Source of the DNA: Candidatus Omnitrophota bacterium | Lineage (GTDB): Bacteria > Omnitrophota > Gorgyraeia > Gygaellales > Profunditerraquicolaceae | DNA length: 64,000 nucleotides | NCBI GenBank assembly: GCA_029561735.1 | Contig: JAKQWZ010000019.1 | Coordinates: 19,388-83,387, forward strand | Direction of reading: 5' to 3' | Shown here: one piece after another, positions 29,746 through 40,068 of the stretch | How positions within the stretch are numbered: position 1 is the stretch's first letter | Layout of the letters: every line of letters begins with the position of its first letter | Program-made: the position numbers and the translations under genes | Notes under the pieces: generated by a model | The model's input: only the letters and a program-made list of their open reading frames with translations | The model's database searches: none | Told to the model about the DNA's origin: nothing

Positions 29746-31027
29746 ATTCTTTGGCGAACTTCACTAGTAAAGGCATAATATCCATGCCTTTAATTTCACC
29801 AATTGAGCCAAGTTTGGCGGCATTTTCAGAATAAGACTTAGTCCCGTCGGGCTTGATTTTGCCTCCGGCGACTAATAACGGAACGGGGTCTGCTGAATGC
29901 GCTTTTATCGCGCATACAGTAGAATGATCTGCGGTAACTGCAACTATTGTATTATCAATATCTAATTTCGGTAAAATATTGGCAAAAAAATACTTATCAA
30001 TCGCTTCAATAATCTCTTTTTTTAATTTAAAATCTCCGTCGTGTGCTGGCTCATCAGGCCCTTTGATATGCACATAGATACCATCAAAAGTTTTTAAGGA
30101 ATCCAGCGCGATCTTTGCCCAGACCGGATAATCCACGTCAAGATGCCCTGTGGATGAAGGGATATCAATGATATCCATTCCGGTAAGCAGCGCAATCCCT
30201 TTTTCCACCGGCATCTGCACAAAAGAGCCGAATTTCATATTAAACAAACTGGTAATATCCGGGAATTTCGGCAAGTGGTCTCCGGCGTCACGGGATAAAA
30301 TCACGTTACCGGGCATTTTCTTTTCGGAAACTCTTTTTTTATTTATTGCCGCCTCATTTAACACCTGATTGGATTTCTGGGTAAACTCATTTAAAAGCGC
30401 TGCCGCCTCTTTTGCTTCAGCTGAATTCTCATATCCGGGCATGGCTTGAGAAACCGCAACCAGATTCTCAAATTTCTCTTTAGCCACTCCAAAAACGCCT
30501 TCGCGGTCATATGCCGGGTCTGTATTGGTGATCCAACCTGATAATTTTGAACGCATCCCCCTGATAACCAATATTCCGCGGTGGCCTATAGTATTTTTAA
30601 ATTCAAAAGTTCCGTTGGAAAGCGTAACCTTGGAATTGATTTCTTTAGATAATGCGGTTGCCTCTTCAGTAGTCAGATTCCTGCCTACTCTGCGGTCAAT
30701 AATCTTCTTGCCGTCTTGGGCAACAGTGGCAAAATTAACCCGAAACGCCACATCGCCGTCGTTTACCTTTAAGCCTTCGGCAAAAGATTCCAGCGGACCC
30801 CTGCCGGTATAATATTTATGCGCATCGTATCCTAATAAGCTAATAACCGCAATATCTGATTCCGGGGCAATACCTTTGGCAACCGGATAAACTATTCCTG
30901 TTTTACCGCTTTGCGCCAGTTGATCAAGGTTTGTAGTTACGGCTGCCTCAAGCGGGGTTTTATTCCCCAGCTCTTTTACCGGAAGATCGCCTAAACCATC
31001 AAGGACTACATAGAGTATTTTTTTCAT
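29744..31027 (-). CDS. apgM: Cofactor-independent phosphoglycerate mutase, archaeal-type ApgM
   Basis: VVLDGLGD..GNKTPLEAA, APESD, YTGRGPLE, HIKGPDEPAHDG, TADHST, HSADPVP. Start placed at ATG 31027. Confidence 0.9.
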   Translation of the reverse strand: MKKILYVVLDGLGDLPVKELGNKTPLEAAVTTNLDQLAQSGKTGIVYPVAKGIAPESDIAVISLLGYDAHKYYTGRGPLESFAEGLKVNDGDVAFRVNFATVAQDGKKIIDRRVGRNLTTEEATALSKEINSKVTLSNGTFEFKNTIGHRGILVIRGMRSKLSGWITNTDPAYDREGVFGVAKEKFENLVAVSQAMPGYENSAEAKEAAALLNEFTQKSNQVLNEAAINKKRVSEKKMPGNVILSRDAGDHLPKFPDITSLFNMKFGSFVQMPVEKGIALLTGMDIIDIPSSTGHLDVDYPVWAKIALDSLKTFDGIYVHIKGPDEPAHDGDFKLKKEIIEAIDKYFFANILPKLDIDNTIVAVTADHSTVCAIKAHSADPVPLLVAGGKIKPDGTKSYSENAAKLGSIGEIKGMDIMPLLVKFAKE

Positions 31028-31031
31028 AGTT

Positions 31032-33329
31032 TTAACATTTTGAATAACCGCAGGCATGGCATTTAACGCATCCTTCTTCATGCCTGAGCGCTCCCCCGCA
31101 ATCAGGGCATACGCCTATAATATCACCATGGGCAGCATTACTCACCGGTATTTCAGCCACATCGGTATGCGAATGTTTCATCGGCACCTCCACTTCCATG
31201 GCGGCTAATTGTTCGGCTTCATCGCTAACCAGCCTTTTTTCCACTACCCGGGCAATCGCGTCAGAACAAGAAAATATCCTCTGGCCTTTTTCCCACGAAG
31301 GAGACGGGCAACGTATATTACGCAACTGTTCAATGATAGCTTTTACTTCAATCCCTGACCTAAAACCCAGAGAAACCAGCCTTCCGATCGCCTCAAGCTG
31401 GCTGGCAGCGCATCCGCCGGCTTTACCCATCTGGGTAAATAATTCAAAGGGTTTACCGTCTCCATCAGCATTAATAGTCACATAAAGATTACCGCAGCCG
31501 GTTGCAACTTTTGTAGTTGTCCCGGTAACCACTTCCGGCCTTGGCCGCGGGGCAATTTTACCTGCCTCAACTATCTGGGCAGGCTGTTGTTTTAAAGCCT
31601 GCTTGCCGACATTGAGCACCTGTTCTTCGCGGCTTCCGTCGCGGTAAATTGTTATCCCCTTGCATCCAAGCTCATAAGCCGATAAATAAGCATTTCTGAC
31701 GTCTTCAATGCCGGCTTCATGGGAAAAATTGATTGTTTTACTAACGGCATTATTCGTAAACTCCTGAAAAGCCGCCTGCATCTTAACATGCCATTCCGGA
31801 GTGATATCATGCGAGGTAACAAAAACTTTTTTGATATCTTCCGGAATCCCTTCAATATCTTTTAATGAAGAGCTTTCGGCAATCTTTTCCATCAACTGGC
31901 GGCTGTAAAACCCTCTTTCGCGGGCCGCTTCTTCAAAAAGAGGCTCCACCTCAACCAGCTTATCATTATCCATTACATTGCGGTAATAGGAAATAGCAAA
32001 AAGCGGCTCTATGCCGGAAGAGGTCGGGCCGGCAATAATGCTGATAGTGCCGGTAGGAGCGATCGTAGTCAGGGTAGCATTTCTCAATTTTAGCGGATTT
32101 TCTTTTTTATCAAAAATACTGTCCTTAAATGCCGGGAAGGTGCCTTTTTCTTTGGCTAATTCCTGAGATTTCTTCGTAGCTTCTTTGAGTATAAAACCCA
32201 TTACTTTTCTGCCCAACTCAACTGCATCTTGCGAATTATAAGGTATGCCTAAACGTATAAGCATGCTTGCCCAGCCCATTACGCCCAAACCGATTTTACG
32301 CGTGCGTTTAGTGGCTTTTTCAATCTCCGGAATCGGGAATTTATTCACATCAATCAGATTATCCAGAAAATGCACTGCAACGCGTACTACTTCTTTTAAC
32401 CTGTCCCAGTCTATTTCATACCTTGCAGGCCCGACCTTTTTACAGAATTTAATCAGGTTAATTGAACCAAGGTCGCAGCTTTCATAAGGCAATATAGGCT
32501 GCTCTCCGCAGGGATTAGTGCTTTCAATCTTACCTAATTTAGGCGTAGGGTTATCTTTATTCAGCCGGTCAATGAAAATTATTCCCGGCTCTCCGTTTTT
32601 ATGCGCCTGCTTTACCACCAAATCAAATACGTCTTTAGGATTCAGCCTCTGCACGGGCTTTTGCGTATGCGGGTCAATTACATCATACTCCTGCCCCGAT
32701 TTTAACTTCTCCATAAACTCATCGGTTATGGCCACCGATATATTAAAATTATTTATATCCTTATTATTGTCCTTGCATACGATAAATTCCATAATATCAG
32801 GATGGTCTACCCGCAATATACCCATATTTGCGCCTCTGCGGGTGCCGCCCTGTTTTACTGCTTCGGTAGCTGCATCATAAACCTTCATAAAAGAGACCGG
32901 GCCGCTGGCCACTCCTCCGGTAGTTTTGACAACGGAATTTTTTGCGCGCAGCCTTGAAAAAGAAAACCCTGTTCCGCCGCCGGATTTATGGATCATCGCC
33001 GTAGCCTTCAGGGTCTCAAAGATAGATTCCATTGAATCTTCAACAGGAAGCGTAAAACAGGCACTTAATTGCCCTAAGTGGCGGCCTGCATTCATCAGGC
33101 AGGGGGAATTCGGCATAAACTCAAATTCGCTCATTACGCGCAGAAAATCTTTTTCCAGCTCAGCAATCTGTTTTTCTGTTTTATTGTAAAGCTTTTCTGC
33201 GCTTGCCATGGCGCGTGCCACTCTGGTAAGCATTTCCAAAGGAGTCTCTACTACTTTGCCGTTTTCATCCTTCTTCAGGTACCTTCTCTCCAAAACCTTT
33301 AAGGCATTTTCCGATAATTTCAGCGCCAT
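31032..33329 (-). CDS. nrdJ: Class II (B12-dependent) ribonucleotide reductase
   Basis: PNSPCLMNAG, QLSACF, TNPCGEQP, TIAPTGTIS, KGITIYRDGSR, C-terminal TSCPD-like domain and CPDC..CHAC zinc ribbon. Confidence 0.95.
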   Translation of the reverse strand: MALKLSENALKVLERRYLKKDENGKVVETPLEMLTRVARAMASAEKLYNKTEKQIAELEKDFLRVMSEFEFMPNSPCLMNAGRHLGQLSACFTLPVEDSMESIFETLKATAMIHKSGGGTGFSFSRLRAKNSVVKTTGGVASGPVSFMKVYDAATEAVKQGGTRRGANMGILRVDHPDIMEFIVCKDNNKDINNFNISVAITDEFMEKLKSGQEYDVIDPHTQKPVQRLNPKDVFDLVVKQAHKNGEPGIIFIDRLNKDNPTPKLGKIESTNPCGEQPILPYESCDLGSINLIKFCKKVGPARYEIDWDRLKEVVRVAVHFLDNLIDVNKFPIPEIEKATKRTRKIGLGVMGWASMLIRLGIPYNSQDAVELGRKVMGFILKEATKKSQELAKEKGTFPAFKDSIFDKKENPLKLRNATLTTIAPTGTISIIAGPTSSGIEPLFAISYYRNVMDNDKLVEVEPLFEEAARERGFYSRQLMEKIAESSSLKDIEGIPEDIKKVFVTSHDITPEWHVKMQAAFQEFTNNAVSKTINFSHEAGIEDVRNAYLSAYELGCKGITIYRDGSREEQVLNVGKQALKQQPAQIVEAGKIAPRPRPEVVTGTTTKVATGCGNLYVTINADGDGKPFELFTQMGKAGGCAASQLEAIGRLVSLGFRSGIEVKAIIEQLRNIRCPSPSWEKGQRIFSCSDAIARVVEKRLVSDEAEQLAAMEVEVPMKHSHTDVAEIPVSNAAHGDIIGVCPDCGGALRHEEGCVKCHACGYSKC

Positions 33330-33352
33330 TTGCTTCTCCCCGTTGTTAGAAG

Positions 33353-33372
33353 CCTGCTTATGGACAGGCAGG
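33353..33372. repeat. Degenerate copy of the CCTGCCTG..CAGGCAGG palindrome in the nrdJ leader
   Basis: CCTGCTTATGGACAGGCAGG. Confidence 0.6.
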
Positions 33373-33401
33373 TGTTAAAGGTTTAATAAAATTATGCCCA
33401 A

Positions 33402-33484
33402 AGTATAACAGCCTCAATAATTCTTGTCAACAAAAAAATACAATATATTGTGGTTTTTTTTATACACTATACTATCAATTGTGC
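33402..33484 (-). promoter_or_regulatory. nrdJ promoter with tandem NrdR boxes
   Basis: TTGACA-N17-TATACT (33430-33402); boxes ATACAATATATTGTGG (33438-33453) and ATACTATCAATTGTGC (33469-33484), 31 bp apart. Confidence 0.8.
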
Positions 33485-33517
33485 CTGTAGACCTGCGTTG
33501 CGCCGCGAGGGGCAAGC

Positions 33518-34534
33518 TTAGAGCTTGCGGCAGGACTCTCTGATGACAAGTTCCGTCGGCAAAACAATCTTTTCTACTTTTGCCTCTTTTTTGCTTATAA
33601 TAACGTTTAAACGCTTAACGCTTTCCTGTGCCATCTGCGATAACGGCTGCCTGACTGTAGTAAGCGCAACTGGCCCGTAAAGGCCTGAAGGATTATCATC
33701 AAAACCGACTATTGATAAATCATCCGGAATATGTTTTCCGCTCTCCCTTGCCACAGCCATTACTTCCAAAGCCATAGAATCCGACGCCACAAATACAGCA
33801 GTCGCCGGGTTCGGCATATTGATCAGTTTTTCGGCAGCTGAGCGCGCCTGCCCGCGCGAATAATCAGTCTTAAAAATATACTTCTCTTCCAAAGCAATGC
33901 CGTGTTTCTTTAGCGATTTTTTATAGCCTTCAAACCGTTGCGCCGCCCCTTGCGTAACTATATCCCCGGTAATATGCGCGATTTTCTTATGGCCCAGACT
34001 GACCAGATAATCCACCGCGCTTTCAGCTCCGCCGGTATTATCAATGGAAATGCTGTTTACGTTCAGGTCTTTTACGTAATTATTAATAACCACGCAAGGC
34101 GTGCCTGAGTCAACAGCTTCCTGAATCTGGTCAAGGTTACCGATGACATCAGCAAAAATAATCCCACCCACCCCCCTTAAGTTAAGCGGTGAGCGGCTGT
34201 CCGTCAGATGCAGCAGTAAATCCAGTTTAAGGGCCTCGCAAAGGGTGCCTATGCCGCGGATAAGCTCAAGCGCGTAGAAAGAATAAAAAATCCCCTCATA
34301 CCGGGGGATTATCAAAGCAATAACATTGCTTTTTCCGCTGGCCAGCCGCTGGGCAAATACAGAAGGCTTAAATTTAAGCTGCTTTACAGCCTCAAGAACC
34401 GCGGTTTTATTCCTTGTTTTTACCGAACCGCTGTTATTTATAACCCTGGATACCGTGGTAATTGAAACTCCGGCAAGGCGGGCAACATCTTCAATGGAGA
34501 TATTCTTGGAAGGGCCGACTCTTTTGTGAACCAT
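33518..34534 (-). CDS. LacI family transcriptional regulator
   Basis: SIEDVARLAGVSITTVSRVIN, IPDDLSIVGFDD, LTTVRQP, LVIRESC. Confidence 0.95.
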   Translation of the reverse strand: MVHKRVGPSKNISIEDVARLAGVSITTVSRVINNSGSVKTRNKTAVLEAVKQLKFKPSVFAQRLASGKSNVIALIIPRYEGIFYSFYALELIRGIGTLCEALKLDLLLHLTDSRSPLNLRGVGGIIFADVIGNLDQIQEAVDSGTPCVVINNYVKDLNVNSISIDNTGGAESAVDYLVSLGHKKIAHITGDIVTQGAAQRFEGYKKSLKKHGIALEEKYIFKTDYSRGQARSAAEKLINMPNPATAVFVASDSMALEVMAVARESGKHIPDDLSIVGFDDNPSGLYGPVALTTVRQPLSQMAQESVKRLNVIISKKEAKVEKIVLPTELVIRESCRKL

Positions 34535-34554
34535 ATATGATTATGAAAACTTTT

Positions 34555-35736
34555 TTATCTTATAGTATCGCCGACGGCAAGCGTGGCGCTTTCGTTTTTT
34601 ATATCGCAGGCGGATATATTTTTACGCGTCTGGATTACTTCTAAACTGGCAATAGGTACGCCTTCTCTGTTGTAGGCCTGAAAGGTATCGCCTAGTTTTA
34701 TTCCGGCATCATCGCCCAGGTCAATTACTACAAAATTATTCTCCCTGTTTATGGCTACGATCTTACCGGCAACCGAAAGCATGGCCGGCGAGGGCATTGT
34801 TTGTTTCTGGGCTGCTTTTTCCGGCTGCGGCCTGACAGTTATCGGCGGTAATTCTACGGGCACATCCTTCTTCATCCCGCCTGAAGGCGGCAGGCCTGCG
34901 ACCATGTTCTCTACTTTTGTTTTCAACCCTTCGATCTGGGTGTTCCTGTCCTGAAGAATATTCTGCATTTCATCAATGCGCCTGTTCAGGGACTGATTTT
35001 GCTGCTGCATAGAAACAAGCTTCTCTTCCAGATTATCCTTGCGGTTATTAATAGCCTTGAGCTGTCGGCGTAGCAGTGTATTATCGCTTTTGATTTCTTT
35101 GACGCTGCCTTCAATGGCAAATTTATCGTTCTTTTCCCTTACCAGCTCCTGCGCAATGCTGTCCATTAACTTCTGATTATAGCTTAACTGGCGGCGCAAT
35201 TCAGAAGCCTCCCTGCTCAAATTAGTTACTTCCAACTCCATATTGGCCTTTTCTCTCATTAAGGCGCCGTTCTTTGCCTGGGCATTTTTAAATTCTACGC
35301 GTAAATTTTCCAGCTGGAACTCTAAGTCTGTCTTGGCTTTAACTAAACTGGCCCAATAAGCGTCTTCAGAAGCCGGCATTGAGGATATAGCGGAAGATGC
35401 CTGCATAATCTGGCGCTGTGATTTAGCCGCAGTCAATTGGTCTGCCAGGTCCTGCCTTTCTTTATTTATGATCTGGAATTTCTTTTCCAGCTCTTCCTTT
35501 TCCTGATTAACCCGGCTTAAATCCGTGTTGAAAGAATTCAGCTTATCCGCCAGTCTGCGAGTCTCTCCCATTGCCTCATCGGCTTTGCGCGAAAGAGCCA
35601 TATTCTCTTTCCTAAGCTGGTCCCTTTCTTTCTCAACTGTCTGTTTGGAAGAAAAAGTCTGCAGAGTCACAAAAAGGCTGACGATCAAGATTGCAACTAA
35701 CCCTAAAATAATAATTTTAGTTTTCTGTTCCATCAA
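34555..35736 (-). CDS. Membrane-anchored long coiled-coil protein with small C-terminal beta domain
   Basis: N-terminal TM, ~250 aa heptad-rich region, then GKIVAINRENNFVVIDLG..GIKLGD. Confidence 0.75.
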   Translation of the reverse strand: MMEQKTKIIILGLVAILIVSLFVTLQTFSSKQTVEKERDQLRKENMALSRKADEAMGETRRLADKLNSFNTDLSRVNQEKEELEKKFQIINKERQDLADQLTAAKSQRQIMQASSAISSMPASEDAYWASLVKAKTDLEFQLENLRVEFKNAQAKNGALMREKANMELEVTNLSREASELRRQLSYNQKLMDSIAQELVREKNDKFAIEGSVKEIKSDNTLLRRQLKAINNRKDNLEEKLVSMQQQNQSLNRRIDEMQNILQDRNTQIEGLKTKVENMVAGLPPSGGMKKDVPVELPPITVRPQPEKAAQKQTMPSPAMLSVAGKIVAINRENNFVVIDLGDDAGIKLGDTFQAYNREGVPIASLEVIQTRKNISACDIKNESATLAVGDTIR

Positions 35737-35752
35737 CCCTCCTCATACTAAA

Positions 35753-36985
35753 TCACAATTGGGCGAACAATCTCTGCATAACTATACTGGCAGAGCCTAA
35801 TGCAACCGAATTTTCCCTAAGCTGAGAATAAACTATTTTCAGGTCCTGGCTTATCTCTCTAAAAGTCCAGTCTTTTACCGCCTGAGCCACCTGTTTTAAA
35901 AATTCTTCGCCTGCCTCTTCCAGCCCGCCGCCGATAACCACTACTTCCGGATCCAGCAGGTTAGCCAGATAAGCAATTTTTATCCCCAGCCTTTTTGCCG
36001 CTGCTTCTAGCGCGGATAAAGCAATCGGATTTTTACTGCGCGCGGCTATAAATACGCTTTTTAAATCTATATTTTCTATATTACTGGAGGTCAACTTAAA
36101 GAATTCCAGCGCTGTTTCCTTGTCATTAACCAATAAATTCTTTACGTGGCTGACTATGCCCAGGTCTGTTTCCCAGCGCTTTACAAAGCAGGGGTTTCCG
36201 GCGTTACAATTAAAAGAATCATTTTCTTTATAATTATCTATTGCGATCTCTCCGGCAAATCCATGGGCGCCGTTATAGACCGTGCCGTTAATCATTATTC
36301 CGCAGCCGACCCCGGAAAACATATATATAACGTCTTTATATCCCCGCTCAAGGTCAAGCCAGTGTTCGCCGAAACACGCCGCTGTCGCGTCATTCTCTAT
36401 AAGGACAGGCAGATTGAATTCTTTTTCCAGCATTGCCCGCAAAGGAAGGTCAACTGAAGCGTAAGTATAGACATTGTTCATCTTTTGCGGCCAGCTAATC
36501 GAACCGTCTTTCTTATTGATCAGGCCTGCAATACCCACGCCGATTCCTTTGATATTGGAATCGTAATCTTTAGAGCGGCGCATTATCTCTCGGATAACAT
36601 CAAGGATAGATTCGGCTATATCTTTGACAGAAGAGCGCGGCCGGGCAATCTGGGTTTTAGTTACAATATTGCCCTTGAGGTCAACTAAAAGCCCAACCAT
36701 GCTCATTAGGTTTACGCCTACGCCTATAATGTACCCTGCGCGCGGATTAAGGTCTAAGAGCGCCGGCGGCCTGCCGCCTTCAGATACATCCAGTTCTTTC
36801 TCGTAAACTAAATCGTGTTTTATGAATTCGTCAATATAATTTGAGATGGTGACCACATTTATACCCATCTCTTTGGAGATTTCAGGCCTGCTGATCGGGC
36901 CTTGCTTGCGCAATATCTCTAAAATATCAATATTGCGTTTTTCCTTCTCCGAAAAATCCTCTCTTTGAAGATTTAGCTGGCGCAT
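35753..36985 (-). CDS. ROK family transcriptional regulator (NagC/XylR-like)
   Basis: ISRPEIS HTH, GGRPP, IENDATAACFGE, GVGCGI, GFAGEI, VVIGGG. Confidence 0.92.
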   Translation of the reverse strand: MRQLNLQREDFSEKEKRNIDILEILRKQGPISRPEISKEMGINVVTISNYIDEFIKHDLVYEKELDVSEGGRPPALLDLNPRAGYIIGVGVNLMSMVGLLVDLKGNIVTKTQIARPRSSVKDIAESILDVIREIMRRSKDYDSNIKGIGVGIAGLINKKDGSISWPQKMNNVYTYASVDLPLRAMLEKEFNLPVLIENDATAACFGEHWLDLERGYKDVIYMFSGVGCGIMINGTVYNGAHGFAGEIAIDNYKENDSFNCNAGNPCFVKRWETDLGIVSHVKNLLVNDKETALEFFKLTSSNIENIDLKSVFIAARSKNPIALSALEAAAKRLGIKIAYLANLLDPEVVVIGGGLEEAGEEFLKQVAQAVKDWTFREISQDLKIVYSQLRENSVALGSASIVMQRLFAQL

Positions 36986-37102
36986 TAAGCTTTCTGCCTT
37001 TCTTATAGATTTAAAAATACTTTTATTATCTTTTATTTATACAACCAAAAGGAATATAAGTCAAGCAATTTTAACAAGTTGGCGAAAAGCGAGGGTTACG
37101 GA

Positions 37103-38719
37103 TTACTTAATATCTACGATGGCTATGCTGCGGTCAATAATTCCGGTGGGAGTCATTACAACCACTGATATAACCTTGGTTCCGGGTTCGGAAAACTGTG
37201 TGGAGAAATCCGGATCCTTGCTGGAAGGCGAACCTGCCCCCAGGTCTCCGCTCCAAAGATAATCCATCTGCACCTGCATACATCCGCTCTGCTCGGCAAA
37301 GGCAGTTGAGCCAAGCTCAACCGCAGAATCAATAGCCGCAGAAACCGGCTTTGCCGCTAAATCCACTTTGCTCATATTTAAATTAGAATTTTCTTCTTTA
37401 AAAGTTGCGTCAAGAAAGACTTTCAGGTTATATTCCATTGGCTTTCCGTTTTCTATCTCGCCGAGCCTTGCCTGAGCCATTGACAGTGTTTGAGGAAAAT
37501 CTGTTTTTGCCAATTCAATTAATTTACCGTAATATTTCCCGGCAGACTCATCTTCTTCCTGCCACTGGCTCAATAATCCCAGCTGATACAAAGAAGCAAT
37601 ACGGTATGCAGCAGCAGTATCATCCCCGGAAAGGGCGGAAAAGGCCTCTGTTGCCGCTTTAATATCGCGCAAAACATAAGCATTTATAACCGCGACCTTA
37701 AAACGGGCTTCGTTAGCATATATACCCTCGGGAAAACGCATCAATAACTCCGAATACCTGTCTTTGGCACCGCTGAATTCCTTACTCTTCTCTAAGTTAT
37801 AAGCGCGCTGATAAAGCAGCTCTTCATCAAAATCCTGAGCAATACCCAAACCGTCAAGTTTCTGGAACAATTTTTCGGAGTATACCGGATCAGGCAAAAG
37901 CGAATTCGCATAAGAATAAGCAAAGCCGAATGACTTAGCTATATCGCTTAGGATCAACCCGGACTTTTCCTTAGGCAGTGTCTTTAAGAACCTATCAATA
38001 TAAATATCATAAATTGTTTCGGATAATTCCAGATTGCCGTCTTTGCGGAATTCGCCGGCTGATTTGATCAGGTCATCGTCGCTTATATTAGATATAACCA
38101 GATTATCAGCATAGATCTTATACAGCTGCTGGGCCTTTGCCTTTTCGCCCAGAGCCTGTAATTGTGCTGCAATTTCTTTGACCAGCTGCATATCCACAGG
38201 GCCTTTTGCGTATTCCTGCACGCCGCTCATTAAAGATGCCAGCGCCTGCTGGCTGAATGCATCCTGCTGGCTGGCGTGGAACTGCCAGAGAATAAACCTT
38301 GTCTTCAGGTTCAGCTCATCTTTGGCTTGCGTGGATTCCAGCACCTTCTGCGCGCTTTCAGTTATATCACTGCGGTAATCATTGCCTTTAGAAAAATATT
38401 CGTCCCAGTTCTGCTCCTGTTCCAGGTATTTAAGCTGGCTAAAGCGGCTAAGGGCAATATAATAATTTGCACACAGGTTTAGCCCCTGTTTTTTGGCAAT
38501 AAGCGATTTAAGAAAATCTGCAAATTCAGAATATTTATAATTTTTAAAATATAAATCTTTTGCCTGCTCCAAATAGGGCATGGCCTGAGCACAATCACCG
38601 GAGTCCATTATCTGTTTGCTTAAAACAGCAATCCTGTCCTCTTGGGAATAGGCGCTTGCAACCAAACCGGAAAATAGAATAATTAAAGTTAATAATACGG
38701 ACAATTTAGCGGTTTTCAT
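37103..38719 (-). CDS. Exported TPR-repeat protein with C-terminal PKD/Ig-like domain
   Basis: Signal peptide, TPR-like helices (YSELLMRFPEG..EARF), YLWSGDLG..FSEPGTKVISVVV. Confidence 0.7.
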   Translation of the reverse strand: MKTAKLSVLLTLIILFSGLVASAYSQEDRIAVLSKQIMDSGDCAQAMPYLEQAKDLYFKNYKYSEFADFLKSLIAKKQGLNLCANYYIALSRFSQLKYLEQEQNWDEYFSKGNDYRSDITESAQKVLESTQAKDELNLKTRFILWQFHASQQDAFSQQALASLMSGVQEYAKGPVDMQLVKEIAAQLQALGEKAKAQQLYKIYADNLVISNISDDDLIKSAGEFRKDGNLELSETIYDIYIDRFLKTLPKEKSGLILSDIAKSFGFAYSYANSLLPDPVYSEKLFQKLDGLGIAQDFDEELLYQRAYNLEKSKEFSGAKDRYSELLMRFPEGIYANEARFKVAVINAYVLRDIKAATEAFSALSGDDTAAAYRIASLYQLGLLSQWQEEDESAGKYYGKLIELAKTDFPQTLSMAQARLGEIENGKPMEYNLKVFLDATFKEENSNLNMSKVDLAAKPVSAAIDSAVELGSTAFAEQSGCMQVQMDYLWSGDLGAGSPSSKDPDFSTQFSEPGTKVISVVVMTPTGIIDRSIAIVDIK

Positions 38720-40068
38720 TTTTTATTATTTTTTTTACCGTTAGAAAAATTAGGGTTCTTCCAGAATTCTTTTATAACATAATACGCCTTGCGCGGAACA
38801 CGTTTATTTACGCCGTCTTTTAGCTCCGGAGAAAGCGCTACAATGCCAAACCACTCTTCATTCATATTTTTATTATCTTTGGCTTTGATATCAAAATAAT
38901 AGCTCCCGTTAGACCAATTGGAAACAGTATCATGCCTTTCCCAGCCTTGCGGGTTTGATTCATCGTGTTTCCACCACTCATCATTCCATTCAAAACTCGT
39001 CCCGCCTATGCAGTTGCCGGAGCCGTCTTTATTCGTAGCCAGATTCTGGTATATCAGCCGCCACTGCGACTCAAGGAAAAAGGCCTGCATATTCTGGTCC
39101 TCTTTATCCAGATAAGCATCGTAAGCATCAGCGCCGAATTCGCTCAAATACAACGGCTTATCAAAAGTGGCTTTTAAAGAATTAAAAAGGTTACCGAAAG
39201 TCTTGCCGCGATAGATAATACAAGCCACTACATCCACATCCTGACAATATTTATTTGCCTGATCCAGCCCGATCAGCTCGCCGTTACCCAAAGCAACCGG
39301 ATGGTCCGGGTCAATTGCATGTATTGCTTTGCTTATCTCATTGACAAAAGAATAATATATCTTATAACGCATTTCTTTCTGCTTCTGGGGGTTTATTTCT
39401 TTATCTATTTCCGGAGTTGACCAGGCATTGACCTGCCCAAGGCAGGAATAATTGTTCTCATTGCCCAAAACCCACATCAATACCCCGGGCTCATCTTTCA
39501 GGGCTTTGACCATATCAAGGATTTCCTGTTTTATCTTATCTTCAAACCCTTTATCCCCGTAAAACGGGCAGGGATACTGCCAAAACCCCAGCCAATTACC
39601 GATAATTGTGCGTATGCCGAATTTTTCATATAAATCCCTAATGACTATTTTGACTTTTTCAGCATCTTCATGAGATTCATAAAGCCTGATGGTATTGACA
39701 CCCATCTCTTTCATCAATTTTCCGTCAACTAGCCACGGCTTATTCGGGTCTGACCACCAGTCATACGAACTGGTCTGGCCGATCGGAATAGGGCTGTAAC
39801 AGACGCCTTTAATTACGTACGGCTTGCCGTCAACAATAAGCTGATAACGGCTTCCCGGAAGTTTTTTGATAAAGGCTTTGGGCTGTGGCCTTTTAGCCAT
39901 GCCCAATAAAAAAGCCGCCAATACACAAATACACAAAGTCACCGGGATAAATCCGGTGACCTTGTGATTTGCGGCTTGCCTGCCTGCCGGACAGGCAGGC
40001 AGCTTGCGGTTTTTTTTATTCGTACTTAATTTCGTCAAGATAGAATGTGCAGCCTTCGGGATTAGCAT
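38716..40068 (-). CDS. Clan GH-A (GH2-like TIM barrel) glycoside hydrolase; true start probably downstream of 40068
   Basis: MGVNTIRLY, WVLGNENN (acid/base), LSEFGAD (nucleophile), FEWNDEWWK, EEWFGI. Confidence 0.8.
   Translation of the reverse strand: MLIPKAAHSILTKLSTNKKNRKLPACPAGRQAANHKVTGFIPVTLCICVLAAFLLGMAKRPQPKAFIKKLPGSRYQLIVDGKPYVIKGVCYSPIPIGQTSSYDWWSDPNKPWLVDGKLMKEMGVNTIRLYESHEDAEKVKIVIRDLYEKFGIRTIIGNWLGFWQYPCPFYGDKGFEDKIKQEILDMVKALKDEPGVLMWVLGNENNYSCLGQVNAWSTPEIDKEINPQKQKEMRYKIYYSFVNEISKAIHAIDPDHPVALGNGELIGLDQANKYCQDVDVVACIIYRGKTFGNLFNSLKATFDKPLYLSEFGADAYDAYLDKEDQNMQAFFLESQWRLIYQNLATNKDGSGNCIGGTSFEWNDEWWKHDESNPQGWERHDTVSNWSNGSYYFDIKAKDNKNMNEEWFGIVALSPELKDGVNKRVPRKAYYVIKEFWKNPNFSNGKKNNKK
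39979..39999. repeat. CCTGCCTG..CAGGCAGG palindrome (21 nt)
   Basis: CCTGCCTGCCGGACAGGCAGG. Confidence 0.85.

Noticed and set aside
33330-33517. Cobalamin riboswitch upstream of nrdJ
   Set aside because: The leader is short and shows no B12-box; the promoter and NrdR boxes account for the region.
34543-34558. ATGAAAACTTTTTTAT as a LacI-type operator
   Set aside because: Only one half-site fits, the central CG is missing, and I found no second copy; too weak to call.
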